A DNA stretch of 64,000 nucleotides from the NCBI RefSeq assembly GCF_009834535.1, contig NC_045703.1, positions 8,370,001 to 8,434,000 of the forward strand. The letters are read 5' to 3'. Below the pieces are notes generated by a model, which saw nothing but the letters and a program-made list of their open reading frames with translations, did not search any database and had not been told where the DNA came from. Position 1 is the first letter of the stretch; each line of letters begins with the position of its first letter. The stretch is from Camelus ferus (Eukaryota). Shown in pieces: positions 47,914 to 60,905 of the stretch. The translations under genes and the position numbers were made by a program.

Positions 47914-50900
47914 CTAAAAGAAACAGGATATGGTGAAAATCCCGTTAGCTAAAGCATCCTGCCTGAGGCCATCCCAGCCACACTGTATTTCAGTGGTGTG
48001 AAAAGTCCTTTGGGGTCTTTACACGTGTGGAAATGGACAGGACTTACTATTCAGGCAATTACTAATGTGCATGGATGTCAAACACCACACAAAAAAAAAA
48101 CTGCAATAAAAATAAGTTTTTATATATTTAATAGCAAAACACTTTAACATGACAACAATCAGACTAATATTGTGGCTGCAGTTACCACAATATTTTTACT
48201 ACCAAAACAGCAGGTTTTGGAAATTAAAAAAATGTTAAAGGCAATATCTTATTTCAATTTTGGAAAATCAAAATGACACATATTTTACAAATCAGTAATA
48301 TGCTTTACAAACACATCTGAAAGAGTTTACTGAATGAAAGGGATGGAGACGTCTCTTGATAATAAAAATAATATGATGAGTATCGTGGGCAAAGATAATA
48401 AAATGAAAAAGATGAATTGCTTCGGAAATTAAAAAAATGTTTCAAGCTTGCAACAAAAAAAGCCAAAAGATTTTATATATGTGAATATATAATTCATATA
48501 CACATATATAGCCCTATATAGAGATTCACATCTCTATGCTGAAATTAGCTAAATATGTGATCATTTCCTGGGTGATTAGAAAGTGACTTCTTGTGAGAAC
48601 ACCGTTCCTGTCACACTCACAAATTACTCTGAATAAATATTTAATATCACCTCGGCTTAATCTATTATCTACTGTGGCCCTAAGAAATGACCAGCTTCTT
48701 TTGGGAACTGCACTCTATAATTAAACTATTTAACCTCCATTTTCCAAGATATTTTAATGTCAGTTTAAGGAGATTAACAATATCCAAGTATTAACACGAC
48801 ATATCAAAGCAGACTGGAATTAGCTAGTGCCAACAGAATTATTAGAATATCATTTAAGAATTTGTAACCTCTTATGCTGTGAACTAACTTCGCTTCTTTG
48901 CACTTTTAGGCGAGGGGGACATTAGAAACAAAAACAGTTTTCTGTTTGATTATTTTCTTGACTCTTCATTTTCACTTTTTGGGGCAAAGTAATTCTCATA
49001 ACCACCTACAATTTATACTTCTTACAAATGATAATTCATCCTGTGTTGTGTACTTTATAAATATATTTAATTATAGATTTACGTATAACTAGTAATTTGT
49101 ATAAAATACATATTTTACGTGATAGTTTAAAGACGACTTTTCAACACCTAAAACACAAGAAATCAACCATTTATCTTCTGCTACTTTCTTCTAAATTCAT
49201 CAAGGCAAATAAAAGTCTATTTTTAAAATCTAGAAACTATAATGCTTCAGATGGTAAAACTTCTTTGAAAATCAGCCTCAAGGACAATTATGAAAATCCA
49301 ATTTGGAACTCTGAAACCAGGTACAAGCTTTGATTTTCATGCGCCCCTGAAAGAAGGATCGTGGAGAAGTTGTAAAAAAAATTTTTAAAGTGATTTTGAA
49401 TTAAAATGTATTTATCATTTATTGCTTCAGTAATATTTTCAGGTATAAATTTCCACTTGACATTTACACAAACCTCCTTAATGAGTTCCAATCACAAGTA
49501 AGGAGATAAAATAGTTCTAATAACAATTACAAGCATAAAGGTCAAGAATATCACATTTGATAGGTGGGCAAAAATGGTCAGTACATCAAGAGGGTGAATG
49601 TCTTTTAGATCATGTGATCATCGTGCACGTATGTTACGTTTGGAATGACTCTTGGAATCACTACCCCACTGAACTATGAACAAACTTCTGCTTAAATTGA
49701 TTATAGAACTACATTAAAAATAATTATTAAATAAATTATTATTCTTTCAAGATTCTAATAATTTCTCTATTAACTGGAAAGTAGATGCCAGATTTGATTT
49801 TTATTTAAATATAATCTTTGCAGTCCCATATTCCTTAGAATTCCATACTCCATGACAGTTTAGGGTTTGGCTATGCAGAAAATACTTTATAAATTATTTT
49901 CATACAAAAGTAGAAATAATGAAAATGTTATTCCAGTCCACTTTAATTGTCTGTTAGTTTTTTTTAAGATGCCATGAATCAATGGTATTTTAGCTAATTG
50001 CTTTAAAAACCACTATGTATTTAAAAGTTTTGGCAGTGTGCACAATGCTTGGTTTTAAACTTGATTTTTTATACTTTTGATTCATTTTCGAATTTACTTA
50101 CCTCTTTTCCAGCCTCATATTTACTCAGCACTAGAACACGTCATGTAAAACTAGCATAAATTACATAGTGTTGCTAGTTTTTAAAAAAAATCTATATGGA
50201 AATGTGCAATACTTCTGCAAATGTCTCCAATGTTTACTCTTAATAATCACCACTCAAAATTGGTTATAAGCTTGCCTTTATTTTAGAGTTACATATATAT
50301 ATTATTTTGTGGAATAAATGATCACATAGTTTAAGTTCTTTGAGAGTAAGGATAATTATATTTTCTTGTATGTTTTGCATTGACAAATATTCATAAGGAC
50401 AACAAAAAATTTAAGGTTACTACTTTTTCAACATAAGAAGTCTTGAATTAATGGCTCCATAATATCTTAGAGAATACTAAAAAAAAAAAAAAAAAAGGGA
50501 ATAATTTTCAAAAATACATTTGAACTAAGCCAACTATAATGAGACAGTTCATAATGCCTTCCAAAAAACTATAGACAGGCAAAATGAATGTTCTGGACTT
50601 TGTGGATTAGTTAGGAAAATCTACCAATATGGGAACTCTATATTCAGATACAGAAAATATCTCATTGGCTATAGATAATTTAATTATGCTGTAAATTAGA
50701 ATTTAAAATATCATACCAATTATTATGACCAATTAAGATGTTAAACTATTTCACACTTTCTTGATTTTAAATAAAATTTGGGACTACCTACCCATGGGTA
50801 AAAATATAGAAACAATATTCCATTCTTAGTAGGATAATAAAAAGTTCATGTAGACATATGAGATCATTACTATTTTAAGTATCAGAAGAAGATGAGTTTA

Positions 50901-51187
50901 TTACTGATGACTCCCTTTAAGGAAATACTACAATGATTTAGAATTACTAAAAATAAATAGTTCTACCATTAAAAGAAAATATTTTTACTTTATAGTTCAC
51001 TTCTGAAAAATACATATCAATACTTTTTGATACTGCAATTGTTAAATTGTGGAGCTTCTAAGATGTAGTGAAGAAAATTCAGGATTCAAGTTTAAAAAAA
51101 TTATAAGATTTAAAAATCTATGCCCATATTTGAAGAAAAATCTATCCATATTAACATGTACTGTATGAATGTATAAACTTCTTTTTA

Positions 51188-51431
51188 NNNNNNNNNNNNN
51201 NNNNNNNNNNNNNNNNNNNNNNNNNNNNNNNNNNNNNNNNNNNNNNNNNNNNNNNNNNNNNNNNNNNNNNNNNNNNNNNNNNNNNNNNNNNNNNNNNNNN
51301 NNNNNNNNNNNNNNNNNNNNNNNNNNNNNNNNNNNNNNNNNNNNNNNNNNNNNNNNNNNNNNNNNNNNNNNNNNNNNNNNNNNNNNNNNNNNNNNNNNNN
51401 NNNNNNNNNNNNNNNNNNNNNNNNNNNNNNN
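51188..51431. other. Assembly gap, 244 N
   Basis: Run of N in the sequence. Confidence 0.99.
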
Positions 51432-54400
51432 TCTCTTTTTTTAACAAAGAAATGCAAAACATATACAAATAGTTTTAACTGTCTAGGCTCTGCTCTCAAA
51501 AGCAAATTGATTGCCAGATGTCAGCCAAATGGTTCTTCTAAACACTTTTTTCTTTTCTTTCTTTTCTTTTTCTTTTTCTTTCCCCCATAGAATATTACTG
51601 GTCACTGGAAATAGTACAATACAAAACTACTTTTATCTTTTGATAAATATCAGAAATAATATAAAAGTCATCTCATGCTATGGGATGGAATTAGCACAGC
51701 CTATTTGGAAACATTAAAAAATAATAATTAGCAGCATGCCTTTCATATAATAAATGTAGGTGGCGCTACATGTGAAAGATTATTAAATGCTGCATAAATC
51801 CCGCTGCTTTACTTTTGGTAGAAATCACAATTACCATTTGTTAGCATGAGTTTTCCAATTATAAGTCATGCTTCATTGCCTTTACCAATGCACAACAGAA
51901 TAAAAATGCATGAAAGGGTTTGAATCCGTACCCAGAGGGGAACGCAGGTAGCCGTGGCAAAGTTACAAAGCAAGCAGATGTAAAACTTGCATGACAGTTA
52001 GCCCACTTCCAGATGTTCATAACACACTCATTCTACACATAGTATATATTGTGAGCATTAAAGTAAAATTAGAAAATACTTGCAAAATAATTAAAAATAC
52101 AGTACTTCCTAGTTTTTAAAATAATGTCAGATTAATCAAGGAGTGTAATACAATATTAAAACATACAGGTTAACAACTTGTTATTTTAACAAGCGTTCTC
52201 ACCAAAGATTGTTTGGAGAAAACGATTTATTTTCATAAATATTTAGAGCAATATTAAGTTTCAAACATCTCTGCCCAGTACCTTCAATTGACAACAGCAG
52301 GTTCAGCTGAAATATCCCAGCTTCAGTGATCTTTTGAGGTGTCTTAATTTTTTTTTGATATTTCAGCTTATTGTGTTGTTCTCAGTGCCTCTAACAGTTT
52401 AGCAGCTAAGTAAATGTATGTCAAACTAATGGATCATATCACCGTTATACATTTTATAGATAACTATAAACGTGAATTTTTTAGTTTTTAGTGATGCCTT
52501 TATAACAAAAAAGGAGAAAATTTTTGTTTTTCTGGAATTATTTTTAAATCATTCTTTGCCCCACCCCCAAATCTTTGCTTACTCAAAAGAAAAAAAAAGA
52601 ATAAATATCTGAAAAGCAAATAATGCTGCTTTGGTTTGGCAAGAGTATGGTTATTAGCAAGAGATAAATGACTTCTGATAGTTTGACCTAAGATGTTACT
52701 TAGCAGTTTTCAAATAGACAATGAATACACTTTACTATTAAAAAAAAGAAATAAAATAATATTAAGTTAAAATATATTAGAGGAGTCTTTTACATTTTTT
52801 GATAAGAGAAATAAAATTCACATCATGTGAATGTATACATAAGTGTGTGTGTACACGCTCTGCATATGAAAAAATATTTTCTAAGACGATACTTACACAT
52901 ATTTTCTATTCTGTTACATTCTATTTCACTTTTTTTAAATGATGAACACAAACCATTAAATAGACTTTACTACCCAGTAATGAGTGGCAGAGTGGCAATC
53001 AACATTTTGCCAAAAACACTGCATTATAAAATTCTTCTTTTTATAGATGGCAACCTGGAGGCATCACTTTTAACATCAAATTACCTTAATATATGGATTT
53101 ATTTATTTAGAAATCAGTAACTTCTAAACTAGGTGGTCTCTTTAACAGTATTGCTTTATATTTGAATAGTCTTTTCAGGTGGATGTAGATTATGATGATA
53201 TCAAGATGAAAAAGAGGCTTTCTCCTGTCCTTAGATTTGATGGAAGAGAAATACAGAAATAAACACCTTTCATAAAGTGTTGTACACAATGATGGGAGCT
53301 CCTCTGGGGAACAGAAGGAGAGCCAGGCAGTGCCAGGGAGGTGGTCGTTAGTGGCTGCCCAGGTGAGAGATCAGGAAACACTTCAGAACTAAAGTAACTC
53401 TAGATGAGTTTGGAGAGATGGGAAGGACTCCAACAGGCAAAGCATGGGAGCAGGAAGGAAAGCAACCAAGTAGACAAGAGGCACTGACCAGGTCTGGGAG
53501 GTGGACACAGCTTGCCGGGACCTACAGGCAGACCGCCAGGGCTGCAGGCCAAGTAAATGGGAAGTAAGTGGCCAGAATTGTCAAAAGGGGACAAGCTACA
53601 GGGCTCAAACTCGAGTAGAGGGTGACTGAGAGACACCAAAGGGTCTTAATAAGGAGAGTGTCCTTGTCAATACTGTGCTTTTGCTGATGAAACTAAGCAG
53701 TGAGTGGTGCAGAGCATGGACTTAAGGGAACAGCAGGAGAAAAAGCTGTGGCCAGATTAAAGCGAGACTGCAAAGGTTGAACAAAGGTCACGCTGATAAA
53801 AACAAAATAAACTGTAGTATTACAGGCCAATGATGTTTATATGCAACAGAAGGGGAAAAAAACAGTTCCTAAATAATCATGTAAATCAAACAGGATATAT
53901 TACCTAATTTTTAAAAATACCTTTTTTCAAATACATCAATTGCTTCAAGTGAAAAGTACACTTAGATGTTTTATATTTATTTAACACTTTAGGTTTGTTT
54001 CTCAGGCTCCAGGCACATAAGGGTGTTAAATAAATGAAACTAATCACTAAGGAATATATAATATAGAAAAAGCCCTTTGCTAACTTCCTTATGTAATTTT
54101 CTATGAAAACACAAAGACAAAAGTTAAATGCCATGGTGTTTATAATCTGATCTGCAAATTCGTATTTCTGTGGTTAAAGCTCTCTTACATTAGAGTCACA
54201 AAGGATTTGTGTACTTTTCAAGACCTATTTTCCAGTTATTAAACAAGCAGAGATTCAATGTCTGGGCAAAGTCACTCCTGACTGAGTTACTTCTTTATAG
54301 AACCCTAACAAGCCCCTGATAAGAAACAGTGTGCTATACTTCCACACATCTTCAAAGCTGATGGATCCGCAGATGGAGGAAAAAACCCTGATTTGGCTTT

Positions 54401-55402
54401 TCTCTCTCTACGCCACCTGCAGAGAAAGTCCTCAATGATTTTGAACTGATATCCTGGTCACCAGTTACAACAAAAACATCCTCAACAGTCCTAGAATATC
54501 TTTCTAAAGGGCTCAGTCATGATTACCTTAAGGTATAAAAACTGAAAGCATTGTCTAAAAATGTTTTCTTTCCATGTGCTCTGGGTTATTAATCCTCAAT
54601 TTTACACTTCAGCCTACTCTGTTTCCTTCATAATTGTCTGACACGCTAACCAAAAGATGTCTACTAGACTCTGGGGTAAACTGGAAAAAATATGTTAATA
54701 TGATTTTTACTAAAATCAAAATTCAATAACTTAAGAAAAATAGATTTTGAAGTACGTTGCTACTAAGCAAGGTACATTTAAATATATTAAATGAGTTTAT
54801 CGCTTCATGTTAAGGTCACAGAGCGACATACTGTAAATTTCCAAGTATCAAGAAGTTGCACACCCATATGAGTATAATGTATGTCACATTTTAAATTAAA
54901 TTAAATATAATTAATTTAAATTAACACAATTTAAATTAACAAATATTTTATTACACAATCTGTGTAAGAAATGTGATTATATTTTATTAAAAACACTGGT
55001 ACTGAATAAGTCTTTTGGGACCACTATGAAAAACTTTAATAGTTACAATAATTTCAAATTTAAAGAACAAAACAGTGATATTATTTTCTTAGGCTAAACT
55101 GTTTTGGATTTTTGAAGCACCATGATGAAGCCATCTACAAAAATTAGGAATCCCTTAGCATTTTACATCTCTTTATTTTTATATAAATTTAAAAATATTC
55201 CTACTCACTGTCTCCAAACTGTTACCAATGTAGTTACCTATTATTACAGTCACTAAGTCTGTATTAGGAAAAAAGTAATCTTTATGCATGCATTAAAATT
55301 AGTTATTCACTTAACTGACATATATAGAACTTACCCCTAATGGAAAACCACCAACTCATGCACAGAGTACACATTATTTAAATGTTAAAAAAGAAACTTT
55401 AC

Positions 55403-55502
55403 CTGCTCTGAGGTGTCCAACTACGTCTGCAAGGCTACCCTTCTTTACTTTGGTGATGAAGGCACCAAGGCGTCCTAAGTCAGTCATCTTCCCTCCAACC
55501 AC
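55403..55502 (-). CDS. RIMS1: RIMS1 exon, 100 nt, PDZ: VVGGKMTDLGRLGAFITKVKKGSLADVVGHLRA(G)
   Basis: Acceptor ttatccag, donor gtaaag; phase 0 to 1. Confidence 0.97.
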
Positions 55503-55990
55503 CTGGATAATGATAGACTCGTAAGTGCCTAAGACTCACACTGAAACAGAAGGTCACTCGTTGGAGGTATTAATCCTACAGCCTTTAGGATGTGTTTAGA
55601 ACTGAGTGTAGGAAAAAAATGAAGTGAAATGCATTGTTGATGGAGGGGTCCCGCGGTACAGGTGTGAAAAGAAACCACATCTCATTACAGGGGAGATGAC
55701 CTTGAGTTCTAGGGACGTTCACGTACCAGCCCCTCACATGGACCCCACAACGGAGGGTCCACGGACAACATACATCCTTAGACACAAGGGCCGGGTCTCC
55801 CCCATCACACAGCAAGTGTCTGACACTTGACTAACTCGGGTTCATTGTCTCCATCCTCTAAATTAACACCTACCATTTGAATTTCTATATTCAGATAATG
55901 CCCCATTGTGACATGAGACCTGGACCTCTTTTGTATACTTTTAAGAGAATGTAGGTCTAAGACAAGAAAGGGGGTTTTCAAAAAAAATAA

Positions 55991-56288
55991 TTAATTTATT
56001 TATTTTAATTGAAATATAGTCAGTTTACAATGTGTTAATTTCTGGTGTACAGCATAGTGATTCAGTTATACATATTTATATATTCTTTTTCATATTCTTT
56101 TTCATTATAGGCTATTACAAGGTATTGAATATAGTTCCCTGTGCTCTACAGTAGGGCCTTGTTGTTTATCTCTTTTATATATAGTAGATAATATCTGCAA
56201 ATTCCAAACTCTCAATTTATCCCTCCACCCCTCCCTTCCCCTTTGGCAACCATACGTTTGTTTTCTATGTCTGTGAGTCTGTTTTTGT
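55991..56288 (-). mobile_element. L1 3' UTR fragment
   Basis: Reverse-strand motifs cagtttacaatgtg, tctggtgtacagcatagtgattcag and ctatgtctgtgagtctgttt. Confidence 0.85.
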
Positions 56289-57345
56289 CTATAAGACTGG
56301 AGATCTGAACCAAGAACAGGCCGATTTGGGGAAGCAATTTACCAGGGTACAGAGTAATAGCCTAAGTTCATCTCAGCTACCAACCTCATCTGAATGCCCT
56401 CCCTCATCTGAAACAACATGTGATCTCATCTAACCCTCCAAGTCTGAGTTCTACTGCTGCGTAATGAACACTCTCACCTGACTTGTCCTCCATGCATAAA
56501 ACTGAAATACACCTGAAAGTTTCTGAGTGTAATTTCTCCCAATGCGGGGGGGGGGGGGGGGTAAATGTATATAATTAAAAATGACACGGATATTGTCAAA
56601 AGTTGAGGTTGATCCATGTTCTTAGGGTCACACCCAAGAGTGGAGGTGATCAGAATTATTTCATTGGAAGAGAAATCAATGGTACTAATCAATAGGGTGA
56701 TATTAACTGAATATTTTTTGAAGTTGGATTAATATTCAATGGTTTTGAAGAGGTCAAACCATCACACAACTATAATACAATCTCTTGGTAAATGATAATT
56801 TTAAAGCAACCTCTTTAAACATTTCTCTAAGTTTATGAAAGCAAATAAAATCATGGGTTTTAACACACATACACAGGCACACATAAATAAAACAAAATGT
56901 ATGTATATTTTTTCTTACCCAAATCATTTATCTTTGTAGTTTATTAGTTTTTTAAATTATATCTGTTAGAACTCAGTTAGTATTTTAAAAGATACATTTT
57001 ACTGTTTTGATATTACCATAAATTCCACTGCCCTTAGGAAACAATCTCTTTAATAATGTTTTATGTTGCTTGTCAAGATATAATAAAATTATGAGGTCCA
57101 TATTATCTAACTTTACTGCCTTCCATTAAAGCTATTTTAATGTAAAAATTGTCCTTGAACTTTATATTCAAATTCTTTAGTTTTTTTAATATTTTATTGC
57201 AGTTGTCAAATACATCTGTATGCCATTTTAACAAAATGATTTAAAAATATTACCCAGATTAAAATACTAATTATACCATAAGACATTAACGTATTAACAA
57301 GATATATTCACTAGAAGAGGAGAAAAGGAGGTTTAAAAATCATTG

Positions 57346-57593
57346 TCAGTTTTGTAAATAAGTTCATTTGTGTCTTTTTTTTTTTTTTAAGATTCTACAT
57401 CTAAGCAATATCATATAGTATTTTTCTTTCCCTTTCTGTTTTACTTCACTTAGGATGACAATCTCCAGGAGAAAGAATATAAAAACTAATATATGTATGT
57501 ATATGTATGACTGAAACATTATGCTGTACACCAGAAATTGACACAACATTGTAAACTGACCATACTTCAATTAAAAAGAATGCAAAAAAAAAA
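57346..57593 (+). mobile_element. 5'-inverted, truncated L1 insertion
   Basis: Antisense 3'UTR segment (about 57346-57468) joined to the sense 3' end and poly-A; TSD aaaaatcattg at 57335-57345 and 57594-57604. Confidence 0.8.
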
Positions 57594-57678
57594 AAAAATC
57601 ATTGCGAGAAACTTTGTTGAATGCAGTCCATGCTATATAATTCACCCTTCAAGAAGCATTAGAAGCCAGCATACTTAC

Positions 57679-57789
57679 TTTCAGACCTAGCAATGCACCT
57701 GATTCCTTGGGCATGGTCGTTCTCTTGTTAAGAATAACACGTCCAATTAAACGGTCGCCCTCTTTAGATGGCTGCCAGGTTACAGGATG
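57679..57789 (-). CDS. RIMS1: RIMS1 exon, 111 nt, PDZ start: HPVTWQPSKEGDRLIGRVILNKRTTMPKESGALLGLK
   Basis: Acceptor ttttaaag, donor gtaagt; 37 codons, phase 0-0. Confidence 0.97.
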
Positions 57790-58382
57790 CTTTAAAACAT
57801 GAATGAAGATAAAAAGATAAGCTGTTTTCTTCCTACAGAGACAGAATTATTGGTTGCAGCATGATGTGATTTCCTCAGGTAAAAGACACTCTAGAGGGAA
57901 TTCTTTATTCTGGGGGGCTCTATCCTTGGCTTAGAACAATTTTCATTTACAGCTATATTTCATTTGCAATAGGCACTTACTATACTAAATAGTTCTAAAA
58001 GTAGTCAGCAACTAAATGCATCTCTGAAATACGGTTCCAAAGTGAAATTAATTGAAAATTTAAAATATATCAGCTTACATATAAATAGGACCAATTCTGC
58101 GTGTTGAGTTATTATTAATGTTGGTGTCACTAACCAAAAACTATCTCATTTACACACAGTCATTATTTAATACTTGCTTTTACTTATTTTAAAATTTGTC
58201 ATAAATATTCAGTGATAACTGTTTTTCTTCCCAACTGTACTGTCTTAAATGAATCAGTATTTTCTCTCACAGAATACACAATGGAGCAGAATAAGATTAC
58301 TATTGATCACTTATCAGACACAGGATGGCAAAGGGCACACAGGTTCCCTGGGCTCCCAAATCCTCCTTCCCCAGATGCTTAC

Positions 58383-58450
58383 CGAACTAATAGGTGATGT
58401 TTCCCGGCTATGCCACGTGGCAGGATCCAACCAGTAATAATCCAAATCAC
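58383..58450 (-). CDS. RIMS1: RIMS1 exon, 68 nt: (G)DLDYYWLDPATWHSRETSPISS
   Basis: Acceptor tcttgtgcag, donor gtaagc; phase 1 to 0. Confidence 0.96.
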
Positions 58451-60770
58451 CTGCACAAGAGGAAAAGAATGAAAAGGGTAACGGCTTTCCAGGGGCGGAT
58501 GTGTCACTTTAAGAGCGACCTCTTCAGTCTACAAAGTAAAGGGTTACACATGTCATCATCTTGCGTGTGTACATCTCAGAACGACAGACACCTGCCCTGC
58601 ATCCCCGGAATGAACATGTGTTACAAACGCACTTCGTGCAACGGGCGGGTTATCTCTCACTCTCAGTCGAGGCATGTGGAAAAAGTATGGGAAGAACTAG
58701 GTAGACACACCCACCTCCCCTCGAAGCTCTGTCCGCGCCAACGCCCAGCCTGACGTCCAGCGATACTGGCTAAGACTGTATCCTTGAGCCAAGTGTGAAA
58801 ATTTAGTGTGTCCCCTACGACTCTTCCCAACCACATCATATCTTCAAAATTATCCCTTGCTCTCGACTTTCTTCCCTCATTAGCTGAACAACCAGACACC
58901 CATTTTTAGGACACGGTGTTGAAAATTAAATTTCAAGAATAACTTTGAGCAAGAGACCACCTACAAATGACGGAGTGTTCAATGCCACTAAAGTCCCAAA
59001 AAAGACTTTTTAAAAAATCCTAACTTTGTCAGCATGAATTTAGGAACTTTCCATTTTGATTTTTTTGGCTTAAAAATACAATGCTAAAGAAAGTCTAAAA
59101 TAAAAGAAAAAATAGAGCGTAAAAGCAGCATCGAAGATAGTATAGGAGGAGAGGTCAAAGTGGGTAACCACGTGAGAGCAAGTGACCTTTTACATTTTCA
59201 ACATCAGATTAAGTCAGTGAAATTTTTTTTTCTCCCCAGGGATCCTGAGAGGAAAAAAAATTAGGTGAGTGAATAAAGCATGTTAGATGTTTCACTGTTG
59301 GGAAAATATGTTTGGCTGATGTCTGTGAAGGTCATAAGTGAAGAATTTTATGTGGATGACCAAAATGGCAATTGCAGGCACTGTGCAAGAAATACAATAG
59401 AAAATGACAAATGTGTAAAATCTGCAGACACAAAAAAGTCCTTCAATTTCTTTGTAGCTGATTCTGTTTTCCTTCTGCATAATATCTTACACAAGTTGAA
59501 GGAGAATGCTCTCTCTCTCTATATATATATGAAAAGAAACACTAACATTTTCTTCAACTATGTCATGTAGATAACAGCGGTATATTCTGTGAAGGGGTGA
59601 ATTTTAGAAAATTGCATTAGCAGAAACTATATGCTGTAAACATTTACTCCATATTGCTCTCAAAATCACATACTTTAAAACACAGACACGGCTTCGTGCC
59701 AATGATAGATTTCTAGTATTTTTCTGGACCACCTTAGCTAATGGAATATAAGGAAAGTTGTAAAAGGCGTGGTTTTTTTCCCTTTAGTTTCTTTGTGAAA
59801 CTGATTATTTTTAAAGCTGCCTTGTTTTTAGTATTCCGACACTGTTCCTCTTGAAAGAAAAACTATTTATCATTATAATAAAACGGAAGTTACTACTAAG
59901 TAGTAACTACCAATGTCATTCAAAAGATTATTGCAATTTATGAGGCTTTCTTCCTAGAATTTCATATACCTAGTCATAAGGTCTGATGACTCCTTAAATG
60001 CAGATTCCTTCCGAAATCCTGTGACAAATGAATAGAACCAGAAATATCTGTGGGGCTTGAAGAAGAAAAAGGAGTCATGAAGTTGGAAGCTGCTTGGAGA
60101 AGTCTTTAAGGATAAAGAAACAACAACAAGCCTTCTTGTTTTAAAGGCTTTGAGAAAACAGCTCATCACCTCCTTTGGGAGCTGCCTTAGATCTTGGGAA
60201 CTGGACTCCTGGGGACTCCCTCTCAGCTCACCCTCCCGCCCCTCATATCTAGACACACGTGTCTGCTGTGCAGAAAGTGCTCCTTGCAGGCAAAGAACCA
60301 AAGCTGGTATTTCTCGTGCAACTCCATAATGGTACTGAGCACACTTTATTATGAAAACACCACTTTCATGCAGTGGTATTCTATCATTTACAAGCTTTGG
60401 AGGGTAACGATCTTGAATGGAGTCTAAATTAATTGGTTTATGTAGTATTAATGTATATGTAGTTTGCCTGGCCTTCCAGTGTGCAGTTGGAATTAATTCT
60501 AACATTAGTTCTGACAATGGCTTTATGGATGCTACAGATTTTACAACTTTAAAAACTCTGATCTTCGTTTTTGGTCATGCATAGCATGGCAGAAATCTAC
60601 TAAGAATTACTAATAAATGCATATGTAAAAAAGACATTAAGTATTTCAGCACACAATAACATTTGCATATATGTTAGTATACAGTTACACTTCCATCACA
60701 TTCTGAACAGTCTTTAACAGTTTTCCTAGCACTGGCTTCATTATCAACCACTAAAATATGACATTTTTGC

Positions 60771-60905
60771 GGGGAGGGTATAGCTCACTGGTAGAGCGCG
60801 TGCTTAGCATGCATGAGGTCCTGGGTTCAATCCCCAATACTTCCATTAAAATAAATAAATACATAGATATATCTAATTACTGCCTTCAAAATTAATAAAA
60901 TTTTA
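60771..60905 (+). mobile_element. tRNA-Ala-derived SINE (Vic-1-like)
   Basis: ggggagggtatagctc...gggttcaatcccc head; degenerate TSD aaaatat..acat.tttgc. Confidence 0.9.

Larger units (their letters stand above)
3673..58450 (-). other. RIMS1: RIMS1 (regulating synaptic membrane exocytosis 1), internal part: pre-PDZ linker, PDZ, C2A, splice-variable linker, PxxP. The 5' (zinc finger) and 3' (C2B) exons lie outside the window
   Basis: 19 minus-strand exons with canonical GT-AG sites. Their spliced translation matches RIM1 as I recall it (HPVTWQPSKEGDRLIGR, VKLWYDKVGHQLIV, ILIELETALLDDEPHWY, RQLPQVP). Confidence 0.98.

Noticed and set aside
51151-51505. ORFs spanning the N run
   Set aside because: Artefacts of undefined bases.
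59954-60517. 187-aa minus-strand ORF
   Set aside because: No recognisable homology or domain and no exon-like splice context; consistent with a chance intronic ORF.
60771-60846. tRNA-Ala(AGC) gene, and likewise the other nine tRNA-like heads
   Set aside because: Each head has stem mismatches and is followed by a shared non-tRNA spacer and an A-rich tail, some with TSDs, so these are SINEs.
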